Below are positions 1 through 9,629 of a DNA stretch of 64,000 nt, in pieces (the first letter of the stretch is position 1; every line of letters begins with the position of its first letter). The stretch covers positions 7,245-71,244 of the forward strand of contig JAFGKK010000012.1 in NCBI GenBank assembly GCA_016928575.1. The letters run 5' to 3'. Made by a program: the position numbers and the translations under genes. The notes beneath the pieces were generated by a model. That model was not told the origin of the DNA. It did no database searches and saw nothing but the letters and a program-made list of their open reading frames with translations. Source of the stretch: Anaerolineales bacterium (GTDB taxonomy: Bacteria > Chloroflexota > Anaerolineae > Anaerolineales > RBG-16-64-43).

Positions 1-1758
1 ATCGTCCACGACCAATCCTCCTCCGGCGCGACCCTGTTCATCGAACCGCTGGCCGCGGTCGAACTCGGCAACCGTTGGCGCGAGGCGATCCTGGAGGAGC
101 AGGAGGAGGTCCACCGCATTCTGGCCGCACTCTCGGCCCAGATCGGCGCACAACGCGAATCCATCGTGCTAACCGTCGAGGCGCTGGCGGACTACGATGC
201 GGCCGTCGCCCGCGCCCGCTACGCCGAGGCGTTGGACGCCGTGCGCGCGGAGCTGGCGGAGATGCCGGAAAAGCCGCCGCCGGATTTCACCCCCCTGCTC
301 TTCCACGCCGCGCGCCACCCGCTGCTCCCGCCCGAGAAGGTGGTGCCGATCGACGTCGCTCTGCGGCCGGGGGTGCGGGCTCTGGTCATCACCGGTCCGA
401 ACACCGGCGGAAAGACGGTCGCGCTCAAAACCGCCGGCCTGCTCGCGCTGATGGCCCAATGCGGGATGCACGTCCCGGCCGAACGCGGATCGAAAACCGC
501 GTTCTTCGACTCGGTCTACGCCGACATCGGCGACGAGCAGTCGATCGAGCAGTCGCTTTCGACTTTTAGCGCGCACGTCGGGCAGATCATCCGCATCCTC
601 GCCGCGGCCACCCCGCGCTCGCTGGTGATCCTCGACGAACTGGGCGCCGGGACCGATCCGCAGGAGGGATCGGGGCTGGCGCGGGCGATCCTTTCGGACC
701 TTCTGCGCCGCGGGATCCCGACCCTGGTGGCGACCCACTATCCGGAGCTCAAGGCCTTCGCCTACAACACACCGGGCGCGGAGAACGCCTGCATGGAATT
801 CGATCTGCGCTCCCTGCGGCCGACCTACCGCCTGGTTCTCGGTCTGCCGGGGCGCTCCAACGCGCTGGCGATCGCCAAACGGCTGGGCCTGCCGGAGGAA
901 ATCCTCGCCGAAGCCCGCGCGATGGTCGACGCCGGCGATCTCGAAGCCGACCGCCTGCTGGAGAAGATCCAGCGCGAGCGCGAAACGGCGCGCCGGGCGC
1001 GGGCCGACGCCGAAAAGTTAAAGGGTCGGGCGCTGCAGCGCGAACGGATGCTCGCCAACCGACTGGGCGGGATCGAGGAAGAGCGCAACCGGATCCTCGG
1101 AGAATCCCGCGCCCAGGCCGAACGCGAACTGGAGGACCTGCGGGATGAGTTGCGCGAACTCCGCCGCCGGGCGGGCCACGCCGCCGCGCCCGAACTGCAG
1201 AACATCGCCGCCGAAGCGCGGGCCCTGGAGGACCGGATCGAGCGCAGCGCGGAGAAAAGCGGCCTCGCTTCCGCCCCGGCGGCCGCGCCGGCGCGCGAGG
1301 CGCGCGTCGGCGAAACCGTGCGCATGAAAGGGCTCGGCGTTTTGGGGAAGATCACCGCCCGCGACGGCGAACGCTACGAACTGCAGCTCGGCGCGCTGCG
1401 GATCCGCGCCGAGCGCGGGGATTTCATCCTGCCCGAGGATCTGCCCGCGCCGGCGGAGGCGCCCGCGCCGAAATCCGCTCCGCCGCCGGCCGCGCGGACC
1501 GCGAAACCCGGCCCGGGCCTGGAATTCGACATGCGCGGAATGATGGTGGAGGACGGGCTGATCGAATTGGATCGCTACATCGATTCGGCGGTGGCGGCCG
1601 GCCTGCCGTGGGTGCGGATCATCCACGGCAAGGGGTCCGGCAAGCTGCGCAGCGCGGTGCGCGACGCCCTGCGCCGGCATCCGCAGGTCTCATCAGCCGA
1701 ATCCGGCGGGGAACACGAAGGCGGCGAGGGCGTGACGGTCGCGCGGCTGGAGGTTTAA
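1..1758 (+). CDS. mutS2: Endonuclease MutS2, 5'-truncated by the window edge; C-terminal Smr domain
   Basis: Frame 1 is open from nt 1 (IVHDQSSSGATLFIEPL...). Walker A ITGPNTGGKTV, MutS family motif DELGAGTDP, long coiled-coil, C-terminal Smr (IIHGKGSGKLR). Confidence 0.9.
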   Translation: MVHDQSSSGATLFIEPLAAVELGNRWREAILEEQEEVHRILAALSAQIGAQRESIVLTVEALADYDAAVARARYAEALDAVRAELAEMPEKPPPDFTPLLFHAARHPLLPPEKVVPIDVALRPGVRALVITGPNTGGKTVALKTAGLLALMAQCGMHVPAERGSKTAFFDSVYADIGDEQSIEQSLSTFSAHVGQIIRILAAATPRSLVILDELGAGTDPQEGSGLARAILSDLLRRGIPTLVATHYPELKAFAYNTPGAENACMEFDLRSLRPTYRLVLGLPGRSNALAIAKRLGLPEEILAEARAMVDAGDLEADRLLEKIQRERETARRARADAEKLKGRALQRERMLANRLGGIEEERNRILGESRAQAERELEDLRDELRELRRRAGHAAAPELQNIAAEARALEDRIERSAEKSGLASAPAAAPAREARVGETVRMKGLGVLGKITARDGERYELQLGALRIRAERGDFILPEDLPAPAEAPAPKSAPPPAARTAKPGPGLEFDMRGMMVEDGLIELDRYIDSAVAAGLPWVRIIHGKGSGKLRSAVRDALRRHPQVSSAESGGEHEGGEGVTVARLEV

Positions 1759-1772
1759 GCCGATATCCGGCA

Positions 1773-1781
1773 TGTTATACT
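1773..1781 (+). promoter_or_regulatory. Candidate extended -10 (TGtTATACT) upstream of trpS
   Basis: tgttatact lies in the mutS2-trpS spacer. AT-rich hexamers are rare in this GC-rich DNA. It would give a leader of about 240 nt. Confidence 0.3.
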
Positions 1782-1867
1782 TGCGACTTGACATTGCGTC
1801 GGTTGACTCCAACGAATTCTTCTCCGACCCCTCATCCCTTCCTCCCGTCACTGCGTTCCGGGAAAAA

Positions 1868-1901
1868 TTCTCCCAGCTGACGCTGGGAGAAGGTGGCCGA
1901 A
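1868..1901. repeat. REP-like hairpin (ttctcccagc-tgac-gctgggagaa) plus conserved tail
   Basis: 10-bp perfect stem with a 4-nt loop. The 22 nt at 1880-1901 (acgctgggagaaggtggccgaa) are identical to 11290-11311. Confidence 0.6.
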
Positions 1902-2031
1902 GGCCGGGTGAGGAATCAGGCAGTTGGAGATTCCAGCAATACATCACAGTTCGGATTCACCCGTTCTCGGCTCCTCCTCCCGTCTCTCTGGCTCGGGAAC
2001 CGGAACGATCCCTTAGGTTAAGGATCTTATC

Positions 2032-3021
2032 GTGGCGAACAAAAAAGGACGCGTGTTCTCCGGCGCCCGCCCGACCGGGCGCCAGCATCTCGGCAACTAC
2101 CTCGGCGCGATCAAAAACTACGTCGCCCTGCAGGACGATTACGATTGCGTCTACTGCATTGTCGACCTGCACGCCCTGACCACGCTCGAGGATTTTCATC
2201 TCCTGCGGGAGAACACCGCCGAAATGGCGCTGGACTGGCTGGCGGCGGGCATCCGCCCGGAGGAGACGATCCTCTTCGTGCAAAGCCACGTTCCGCAGGT
2301 GACCGAACTGCACACGATCCTTTCGATGTTCACGCCGCTCGGGAAACTCACCGACCTGCCGACCTTCAAGGAAAAAGCCCGCATGCACCCGCACAACATC
2401 AACTACGGGCTGGTGGGCTACCCGGTGCTGATGGCCGCCGACATCGCACTCTACAAGGCCGACGTCGTCCCGGTCGGGATCGACCAGGAAAGCCACCTCG
2501 AGTTCACGCGCGAAGTGGTGCGCTCGTTCAACTTCAAAACCGGTAAACCGGTTCTGGTCGAGCCGCAGATGAAGACGACCAATTACCCCAAGGTGCTCGG
2601 CACCGACGGGGCGCAGAAGATGAGCAAGAGCCTCAACAACCAGATCGAACTGGCCCTCACCGAGGCGGAGACCGCGGCCAAGGTAATGGCCATGGTCACC
2701 GACCCCCAGCGCACCCACCGCAACATCCCCGGCCGCCCCGAAGTGTGCAACGTCTTCACCCTGCACCGGACCTTCACGCCCGCCGCGGACGTGGAACGGA
2801 TCGCGGCCGATTGCCGCAGCGCCAAACTCGGCTGCGTCGACGATAAAAAATGCCTGGCGGCGAACATCAACGCAAGCCTCGCGGAATTCCGCGCCAAACG
2901 CGCCGAATTGGCGAAGGATCCGGATTACGTCTGGGACGTGCTGGCCGACGGCGCCAAACGCGCGCACCTCATCGCCGAAGCGACGATGGCCGAAGTGCGC
3001 GCGGCGATCGGTCTGCCGTGA
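2032..3021 (+). CDS. trpS: Tryptophan--tRNA ligase
   Basis: Class I aaRS: N-terminal GARPTGRQHLGNYLG (HIGH-type) and KMSKS present. GTG start at 2032 with aagga upstream. Confidence 0.95.
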   Translation: MANKKGRVFSGARPTGRQHLGNYLGAIKNYVALQDDYDCVYCIVDLHALTTLEDFHLLRENTAEMALDWLAAGIRPEETILFVQSHVPQVTELHTILSMFTPLGKLTDLPTFKEKARMHPHNINYGLVGYPVLMAADIALYKADVVPVGIDQESHLEFTREVVRSFNFKTGKPVLVEPQMKTTNYPKVLGTDGAQKMSKSLNNQIELALTEAETAAKVMAMVTDPQRTHRNIPGRPEVCNVFTLHRTFTPAADVERIAADCRSAKLGCVDDKKCLAANINASLAEFRAKRAELAKDPDYVWDVLADGAKRAHLIAEATMAEVRAAIGLP

Positions 3022-3041
3022 GAATCCGACCATCGACGATT

Positions 3042-3162
3042 GACCATGGACCATCGTGCAGGGTTCAGAAAAGCATCTTGATTTAAAATCACCCAATGCA
3101 TTAACCCGGCATTAGCGAAGAACCGCCGATCTGAAATCAATCCGCGGCGATGGTCCATGGTC
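3042..3162. repeat. 15-bp inverted repeat (gaccatggaccatcg / cgatggtccatggtc) flanking a 91-bp AT-rich core
   Basis: Arms at 3042-3056 and 3148-3162 are exact reverse complements. Lies in the trpS-dtd spacer. Confidence 0.5.
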
Positions 3163-3219
3163 GACGGTCAGATTACTCGGTTTCCATAATCCACGTACGG
3201 AAAGAACTGGACAACCCCT

Positions 3220-3666
3220 ATGCGAGTAGTCCTTCAGCGGGTTACGAAAGCCAGCGTGAGCGTCGACGGCCAGGCCGTCGCCGCGGTCGGGCGCGGCCTG
3301 CTGATTTTTCTGGGGATCGGCGCGCGGGACGGCGCGGGGGATGCGGACGCCCTGGCGGAAAAGTGCGCCTACCTGCGGATCTTCGAGGACGAGGCGGGAA
3401 AAACGAACTTGTCGGTTCAGGATGTTCGGGGGGAAGCGCTGGTGGTTTCGCAATTCACGCTGTATGCCGACGCGCGCAAGGGAAGGCGGCCCTCCTTCAC
3501 CGACGCCGCCGCGCCGGAGGCCGCCGAACCGCTGGTGCGCCGATTTGCGGAGAAGCTGAACGCGCTGGAAGTGCCAGCCCGCACCGGTGCCTTCGGCGCG
3601 CACATGCGGGTGGAACTCGTCAACGATGGGCCGTTTACGGTCTGGCTGGACACCGATAACAGATAA
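3220..3666 (+). CDS. dtd: D-aminoacyl-tRNA deacylase
   Basis: MRVVLQRV...SQFTLYAD...RPSF...NDGPFT is the typical full-length Dtd signature (148 aa). Confidence 0.95.
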   Translation: MRVVLQRVTKASVSVDGQAVAAVGRGLLIFLGIGARDGAGDADALAEKCAYLRIFEDEAGKTNLSVQDVRGEALVVSQFTLYADARKGRRPSFTDAAAPEAAEPLVRRFAEKLNALEVPARTGAFGAHMRVELVNDGPFTVWLDTDNR

Positions 3667-3765
3667 CCCCCATCCACGAAGGATGGGACCGGGATTGTTG
3701 AAAAAACATAGTCATAGCTCGGCCTTCCCCTTTCCACAGCCCCTCTCCCCGCGAATGTTTTCGAC

Positions 3766-3796
3766 CGTCATCCCCGAGTGATCGTATCGGGGATCC
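3766..3796. repeat. REP-like hairpin, same family as 12842 and 12932 (cgtcAT-stem-loop-stem-ATcc)
   Basis: atccccga / tcggggat 8-bp stem with a 9-nt loop. Flanks cgtc..atcc are shared with the other two copies. Confidence 0.5.
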
Positions 3797-3956
3797 GCAA
3801 GACACAGACTCGCAAAGTCCCTGGATGCCCGCCACGGTCACCCGCGTTGCGCAAGCCCGCCCCGGTGGTCGGGCCGGGGGGCAGGCGTGGGCATGCCGCG
3901 CCAAAATCCTCCGGAGGCTTCAGGTCCCTCTCGTGTCTTTCGCGGATGACCTTCCA

Positions 3957-5363
3957 CTACTCCTTTATCGCCGCTTTGATCCTCTTCGCCATTTCCCGCG
4001 CGCGATCCGGCGCCGAGCCGACATACGCGCCGGCGTCCATCAGCTCCCGGATCCGCGCCGGCTGGAGGTGCTTGAGCATGTCAGGATCGGCGGCCAGGTA
4101 ATCCGCCAGCGGGTTCGGGCGTCCTTCGCGCAGAACCTCCCACGCCTTGCGGCTGTGTTCGCGGATCTTTTCGTGCATCGCCTGCCGGTCGGCCCCGGCC
4201 GCCACGAGCCCCATCAGCACCCGTTCGCTGGCCGAGAACGCGCCGAACCGGGCGAGGTTCGCCGCGCAACCCGCCTCGTCCACATCCAGCCCGCCGACGA
4301 CGGCGGTCATCACGGTCAGCATTTCCTCGGTCGCCAGAAACGCCTCAGGCAGGATGCTGCGCCGGTTGGCGGAATCGTCGAGCGTGCGCTCCAGCAGGTT
4401 GCTCGCGGCGTTCTGCCAGGCGATCTCCGGCAAAACGGCCACGAAGCGCGCCAGCGAGCAGACGTTCTCGGATTTCACCGGGTTGCGTTTGAAGGGCATC
4501 GCGCTGGAACCCACCTGGCGCTTGCCCATCGGCTCGCGCACTTCGCCGAAACCGGCGGATTGCATGATCCGCAGGTCGAAGGCGAACTTGTGCAGTGCGG
4601 CGGCCAAGCCGGCCAGCGCCGAGAGCGCGCGGTAATCCTGTATCCGCGGATACGTCTGCGAGGCGATCGGGTAGGACTTCAGGCCCAGCATCTCCATCAC
4701 GGTCGCGTCGATGACATCCGGGGACACGTTCTTTCCGTTGAGGATTTCGCCGTACGAGGCCGCGGTCCCCACTGCCCCCTTCATCCCCTTGCCGCGCAGG
4801 CCGTCGCGGATCCGTCCAAGGTCCTCCCAATGCTCGAGCAAATCCTGCCCGAAAAGCGCCAAGCGGTATCCGAGAGTCGTCGGCTCGGCGGGTTGGAGGT
4901 GCGTGTATCCGAGGACCACGAATCCGGCGTAACGCTCGATCTGCCCGGCGACGGCCTCGAGCAGCCTGCGGAGTCCGTCCAACAGCAGATCCATTCCGTC
5001 GCGCATCCGCAATACGTCGGCGTTGTCGGTGATGTCGGCCGAGGTTGCCCCCCAATGGATGATCCCGCCGCCGACCGGGCAGAGTTCGGCGAAGGCGCGG
5101 ACCTCGGCCATCACGTCGTGGCCGATTTCCTTTTCGATTTCCAGCGAACGCTCGAGGGTCACATCCGCGGCGTGCAGGCGCAAGTCCTCCACCTGTTCGG
5201 GGCGGACGAGTCCGAATTTCTGCTGGGTCTCCGCCAGCGCGATCCAGATCCGCCGCCAGAGGGTGCGGCGGTTCTTTTCGGAAAAAATCCGGCGCATGGC
5301 GACGGATCCGTAGCGCGAGCTGAAGGGCGAGGCGTAATCATCCAGCAAGACATCGACGTCCAT
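3957..5363 (-). CDS. purB: Adenylosuccinate lyase
   Basis: 468 aa with fumarate-lyase-family signature (GSSAMPFKRNP). N-terminus YASPFSSRYGS is typical of PurB. Confidence 0.95.
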   Translation of the reverse strand: MDVDVLLDDYASPFSSRYGSVAMRRIFSEKNRRTLWRRIWIALAETQQKFGLVRPEQVEDLRLHAADVTLERSLEIEKEIGHDVMAEVRAFAELCPVGGGIIHWGATSADITDNADVLRMRDGMDLLLDGLRRLLEAVAGQIERYAGFVVLGYTHLQPAEPTTLGYRLALFGQDLLEHWEDLGRIRDGLRGKGMKGAVGTAASYGEILNGKNVSPDVIDATVMEMLGLKSYPIASQTYPRIQDYRALSALAGLAAALHKFAFDLRIMQSAGFGEVREPMGKRQVGSSAMPFKRNPVKSENVCSLARFVAVLPEIAWQNAASNLLERTLDDSANRRSILPEAFLATEEMLTVMTAVVGGLDVDEAGCAANLARFGAFSASERVLMGLVAAGADRQAMHEKIREHSRKAWEVLREGRPNPLADYLAADPDMLKHLQPARIRELMDAGAYVGSAPDRAREMAKRIKAAIKE

Positions 5364-5582
5364 GGAGTACCTCCCGCGGGATGGCTTTCAGGCGCGCGCA
5401 AAGCCGCCGCGCGCGCAATTATGCGTCAGTTTGGGGAATGCGACAACCCTTTTCCGCAAACGACGCCGATTCCTCGCCGCCCCTTCGGGCTCCTCGGAAT
5501 GACGCAATGACGCTCGGGATGGGTCAACCCGAGGCCGCTTTGGTGTCGAAGAATCGGCGCTACAAGGGGAAGAGCTTTCAGC

Positions 5583-6497
5583 CTACTTTTCCTTCGTCGC
5601 GTACCCCAGCCGCCGGAGGGCGTCCTCGCGGTCGCGCCAACCGGGAAGCGCCTTGACCCGCAGCTGCAGATACAGCTTGCGGCCGCTCATCGCTTCGATC
5701 TTCCGCCGGGCGTCGGTGCCGATCCGCTTCAGCATGGATCCCCCCTTGCCGATCACGATCGCTTTGTGCGATTCCCTCTCGACGAAGATCGTGGCTTCGA
5801 CCCAGGCGCCTCCCTCCCCGCGTTCCTTGTATTGCTCGATCCGGACCGCCACGCCGTGGGGGACTTCGGCCCGCAGGTTGCGCAGAGCCGCTTCCCGGAT
5901 CAGATCGGCGGAGATTTCCCGCTCCGACAAATCGGTGATTTCCTCTTCCGGGTACAGAATCGGCCCTTCGGGAAGCCGCGCGGAAATTCTCTCGATCAAT
6001 TCCCCAAGCCCCAGGTTTTCCCTGGCGGAGATCACGCAGCCTTCGGCCTGCGGCAGGAGCGCGCGGTAAACGGCGGCGCGCTCCTCGCATAACGGCGGCG
6101 CAACGGCGTCCGCCTTGTTCAGCGCGAGAACGGCGGGAGCATCCGGCTCGTGCCGGATCAGCCAGGCGGCGAGGGCGCGGTCCTCCTCCGCCGGTGGGAG
6201 CGAGAGGTCCGCCAGAAACAGAACCACATCCGAATCCCGGATGGTTTTTTCGGAATCGCGGATCATCGCCCGGCCCAGGCCGTCCTTGGGCGCGTGCCAG
6301 CCCGGCGTGTCGAGGAAGATCAGTTGCGCGGACGGGAGGGTGAGGATCCCCATTTGCCGGCGTCTCGTCGTTTGCGGCCACGGCGACACTCCGGCGATTT
6401 TTTGGCCGAGCAAGGCGTTCAGCAGGGTGGATTTGCCGACGTTGGGACGACCGACGACGGCGACGAAGCCCGATCGGTGGACGGGGACGCTCTGCAT
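5583..6497 (-). CDS. era: GTPase Era
   Basis: G1 GRPNVGKST, G3 DTPG, NKAD, C-terminal KH domain. I chose the internal ATG at 6497, because the 344-aa track ORF would run over the upstream SCP2 gene. Confidence 0.9.
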   Translation of the reverse strand: MQSVPVHRSGFVAVVGRPNVGKSTLLNALLGQKIAGVSPWPQTTRRRQMGILTLPSAQLIFLDTPGWHAPKDGLGRAMIRDSEKTIRDSDVVLFLADLSLPPAEEDRALAAWLIRHEPDAPAVLALNKADAVAPPLCEERAAVYRALLPQAEGCVISARENLGLGELIERISARLPEGPILYPEEEITDLSEREISADLIREAALRNLRAEVPHGVAVRIEQYKERGEGGAWVEATIFVERESHKAIVIGKGGSMLKRIGTDARRKIEAMSGRKLYLQLRVKALPGWRDREDALRRLGYATKEK

Positions 6498-6507
6498 TGA
6501 GGGCGGA

Positions 6508-6834
6508 TCAGGCGCGCTGAAACAAGTTAACCATGCGCATCGCCAGGCCGACATCGCCGTCGAGTTTAATCTTCCCCTGCATGAACGCGGCCATGCCGTC
6601 AAGCTTGCCTTCCGCAACGGCGATCAGATCCGCCAGGCCGGCGGTGACGGTCAACCGGGGGGCGCTGGTTTTCCCCTCCGTTGCGGTCACTTTCCCGCCG
6701 GCGAACTTGATCACCCAATTTCCGCCGCCCGGCCCGGACAGAATCAATTGAATCTCCGCTTCCAGTCCGGCGGCTTTGTCGGGGGGAAAATTAGCCAGCA
6801 TCTGATCGACTAATTGTTTGGCGTCAAGAGCCAT
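6508..6834 (-). CDS. SCP2 sterol-binding-domain protein
   Basis: 109-aa product from the internal ATG at 6834 ending ...GKLDGMAAFMQGKIKLDGDVGLAMRMVNLF, the typical SCP2 C-terminal signature. Confidence 0.75.
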   Translation of the reverse strand: MALDAKQLVDQMLANFPPDKAAGLEAEIQLILSGPGGGNWVIKFAGGKVTATEGKTSAPRLTVTAGLADLIAVAEGKLDGMAAFMQGKIKLDGDVGLAMRMVNLFQRA

Positions 6835-6862
6835 ACCCACTCCTCTCCCTCTCTCCCGGACA

Positions 6863-7519
6863 TCACGCTTGGGGACGCGCATCCTTCCGGCGGTCCAAGA
6901 TGAACTGCACCAGCGATTCCTGCTGCTGCGGCGTGATGTCGATGAATTCCACGCCCGCCTGGCTTTTCCTGGCGCCCTCGGCGGGAGTCGAACGGACAAT
7001 CCGCCCGGTCAGGATTAATTCCTCCTCCATCGCCCCGAGCGGAATCTGGAACTTCACCCGCACCAGGCTTTCCCGCGGGCACAGCCGGTTCGTTTCCAGC
7101 CGGATTCCCCCCCCGCTGATGTCGAGCGCCGTGGAACGCGAGTACGGGATGTTCCCCCCCCCGTCCCGGATCTCCGCATATTGGGCATCCATCCGGACGG
7201 GAAGACGCGGAAATGCGCGACGCTCCAAATGGACCACCTCCTTTGGAAAATCCAACTCCACGCGGCGCCCGGATCCCTGCTCCTCGCACAGCACCCCGCA
7301 GGTAAATTGGAAAAGCCCCTCTTTCGAGGGAACGCTGACGCGGATTCTTTGATCGGGTTGGAACGAAAACGCACCGTTGTCTTTTTTCGGAGGCAGGATG
7401 AAGAAGGAAGCGGACCCCACCTCCGCAACTTTCGACGCATACCAATCTTCCCCCTCCATGGAGGTCGAAATGTTCACAATTTGGCCTTCCTGGACCCACT
7501 TGCCGATGTCCATGATCAA
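6863..7519 (-). CDS. PilZ-domain (c-di-GMP-binding, YcgR-like) protein
   Basis: RxxxR (RAFPR) followed by DxSxxG (DISGGG) in the C-terminal half. N-terminal YcgR-like beta-barrel region. Confidence 0.8.
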   Translation of the reverse strand: MIMDIGKWVQEGQIVNISTSMEGEDWYASKVAEVGSASFFILPPKKDNGAFSFQPDQRIRVSVPSKEGLFQFTCGVLCEEQGSGRRVELDFPKEVVHLERRAFPRLPVRMDAQYAEIRDGGGNIPYSRSTALDISGGGIRLETNRLCPRESLVRVKFQIPLGAMEEELILTGRIVRSTPAEGARKSQAGVEFIDITPQQQESLVQFILDRRKDARPQA

Positions 7520-7702
7520 TCCCCTGGCACACTCCCCAGAGTTCCGAAATTTCTCCGCCCTCCGCCGTCACGGCTGGGCGCGGAGAATCCCCCCGTTTTT
7601 GTCATTATACCCCTTCGGGAAGCAATCCGATACGCGATCCGTCACGAATTTGGCGCAAATTAATCACTTTTTTGTGATGATCTTATGGCATCGGCGGGAC
7701 CG

Positions 7703-8482
7703 CTAAGCCAAAACCGGCCAGGGAATCGAAACCCCCGGGCCGGGAAGCGGGAATTTTTTCGCCTTCCAAAGGGCTTTCGCCCTGACCCTCACCGCGGAGA
7801 TCTCTTCACCGGAAATCAGCGGAGACAGGGCGCCCTTCAGACGGGTTCGAATCGAGGAATTCGGCGAAGGATGATCGTCCGGTTTGGATTCGGCGAAGGC
7901 CGCCAACACCTGCAGGACGTCGTCCGGCAGGGCTTGGCCGGCAAAATCCCAGATGACGGTCCGCAGTTTCCAATCCCGGTGGAAGCACAACCCGTGATCG
8001 ATCAGCCAGATCCTTCCGGCATCGTCGCGCAGGACGTGCATCGCCTTGCGGTCCGCATTGTTGACCAGGATGTCAAAGGCCGCCACCCGCCGCAGGGCGG
8101 CCGGAGCCTGCCCACGGAGAAGGAAATAATTCTGCTCGAGGTCCAGATTCAGGTATTCCTGGAAGGACCCGGGGCCGAGCGGTCCGTCGCGGCGGAACAC
8201 CGTAGGGGGCACGAAATCCCAGCCGAGCAGGCGGGCCGTCTCAAACGCCGCGGCTTCGCGTTTGGCCAAGCTGCCCCGGGGAAAATCCCACAGCGGGCGC
8301 TCCCCCCGCACCGGTTTGTACACCGCCTGAAGCTCGCCGGCATCCGAACGCAGCCGGCACAGAAAAGCGTCGTTCGAACCGAGGCGGAACAAACCGCGCA
8401 CTTCCGCCTCGCCCTTGCGGAGGATTTCCAGCGCGCGGTCTGTGGATGTCGGGCGTGAACCCCGATCAGTGCTTGTGCCCAT
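7703..8482 (-). CDS. SCO1664-family protein (PI3/PI4-kinase-like catalytic motifs)
   Basis: NNADRK and LIDHGLCFH kinase-like motifs. Start taken at the ATG at 8482 (17-nt overlap with the upstream gene); the start is uncertain. Confidence 0.7.
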   Translation of the reverse strand: MGTSTDRGSRPTSTDRALEILRKGEAEVRGLFRLGSNDAFLCRLRSDAGELQAVYKPVRGERPLWDFPRGSLAKREAAAFETARLLGWDFVPPTVFRRDGPLGPGSFQEYLNLDLEQNYFLLRGQAPAALRRVAAFDILVNNADRKAMHVLRDDAGRIWLIDHGLCFHRDWKLRTVIWDFAGQALPDDVLQVLAAFAESKPDDHPSPNSSIRTRLKGALSPLISGEEISAVRVRAKALWKAKKFPLPGPGVSIPWPVLA

Positions 8483-8993
8483 TTCTCCGGGGGCAGAAGT
8501 GACCGCCGGGATCGATCGGATTCCCGCAGTTCCCGCAGATCGGCCGGCCGCGGCGCGCCAACTCGGCCCCCCACAGCGCCAGCCGCCGCAATTGGCCGCG
8601 GGTGCACCACAGGGAAGCCTCCGAGGTCGGATTTCCGGCGGGCAGATCCTCGACGGCCTCGCGCAGGACGAACAACAGCCGGTCCTCCTTCTCATCGTAT
8701 CCCAGCCCCATGTTACCGATGTGGAATGCCGGCTCCAGCGGATCGACCAAGTCCATCTCCCCCTCTTCGAACCGCGCATCGGCCTCCGCAAGGTTCGGAA
8801 ACCGCTGCTGGAGGTCGTTGAGAAACTGCTCGATCGACAAGGCCAGCATCAGCACCTGTTCCTTCTCCACCCGGAGGGTCAGAAGCTTTTCCCCTCCTCC
8901 GGCTTGCAGGTAAAACACGCGGTGCCCGGGTTCGCCGATTGCGCCGACGGTGATCCGTTCCACGGGACGTATCTCATACCGAGAGGGTGTCAT
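8466..8993 (-). CDS. DUF3090-family protein with C-terminal zinc-ribbon-like CxxC...CPRRNGH
   Basis: 175 aa. The C-terminus CGNCGNPIDPGGHFCPRRNGHKH is typical of the family that accompanies SCO1664-type genes. Confidence 0.75.
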   Translation of the reverse strand: MTPSRYEIRPVERITVGAIGEPGHRVFYLQAGGGEKLLTLRVEKEQVLMLALSIEQFLNDLQQRFPNLAEADARFEEGEMDLVDPLEPAFHIGNMGLGYDEKEDRLLFVLREAVEDLPAGNPTSEASLWCTRGQLRRLALWGAELARRGRPICGNCGNPIDPGGHFCPRRNGHKH

Positions 8994-9011
8994 GCCGCTC
9001 CTGGAAAAAGG

Positions 9012-9629
9012 TTAATCCTTTGGGATGACCAGCGGTGATCCCGGGGGGAGGTTGACCCCGTGCACCCGGACAACCCGCCCCGTTAAGGATAGCACCGAAA
9101 CCGACGCCGGATCCGTCACCAGGGCATGGTAAGAGGCCAAGGGCATGCCCAGGAAAAACGCCAGCGCCAGCCGGATGGTGTCGGCATGGGTGAATGCCGC
9201 CACAACCCCGGATTCCCGGCCGGACTGCAGCTCCTTGATGAACCGAACGGCCCGATCCTGGACTTCCTGGAGGCTCTCACCGCCGGGATACCGCACGGAC
9301 GCCGGATCCCGGTGAACCTTCCGCCAGATCGGGACCTCACGCAGTTCGGCGTAGGGAAATCCTGCAAGCCCGCCGAAATCCACCTCCTGCAGGCGATCAT
9401 CGCGGACGATTCTCAATCCCGCCGTTCGCGCAGCGGGTTCCGCCGTTTCCACCGCCCGTTCGAGGGGGGAAGAATAGACCTCGGCGAGGGGAACGTCGCG
9501 GAGCATGGCCGCCACCGTCTCCGCCTTCCTGCGCCCTTCCGCGTTCAGGTGGACATCCGGAAGCCGACCGGCCAGACGCTCCCCAAGCCAATCGGTTTCG
9601 CCGTGGCGGACCAGGAGCAGGACGGTCAT
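9012..9629 (-). CDS. Histidine phosphatase family protein (MSMEG_4193-type putative phosphomutase)
   Basis: LVRHGETDW catalytic RHG motif. 205 aa from the ATG at 9629, which overlaps the stop of the beta-glucosidase gene (ATGA). Confidence 0.85.
   Translation of the reverse strand: MTVLLLVRHGETDWLGERLAGRLPDVHLNAEGRRKAETVAAMLRDVPLAEVYSSPLERAVETAEPAARTAGLRIVRDDRLQEVDFGGLAGFPYAELREVPIWRKVHRDPASVRYPGGESLQEVQDRAVRFIKELQSGRESGVVAAFTHADTIRLALAFFLGMPLASYHALVTDPASVSVLSLTGRVVRVHGVNLPPGSPLVIPKD

Noticed and set aside
1759-2031. Possible T-box leader upstream of trpS; I also checked proS (42684-42916) and tyrS (57631-57700, minus strand)
   Set aside because: There is no T-box consensus (..GGTGGTACCGCG..), no recognisable specifier-loop or antiterminator architecture, and no terminator hairpin with a U-tract. 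The tyrS leader is too short at about 50 nt. An Rfam scan would settle the question.
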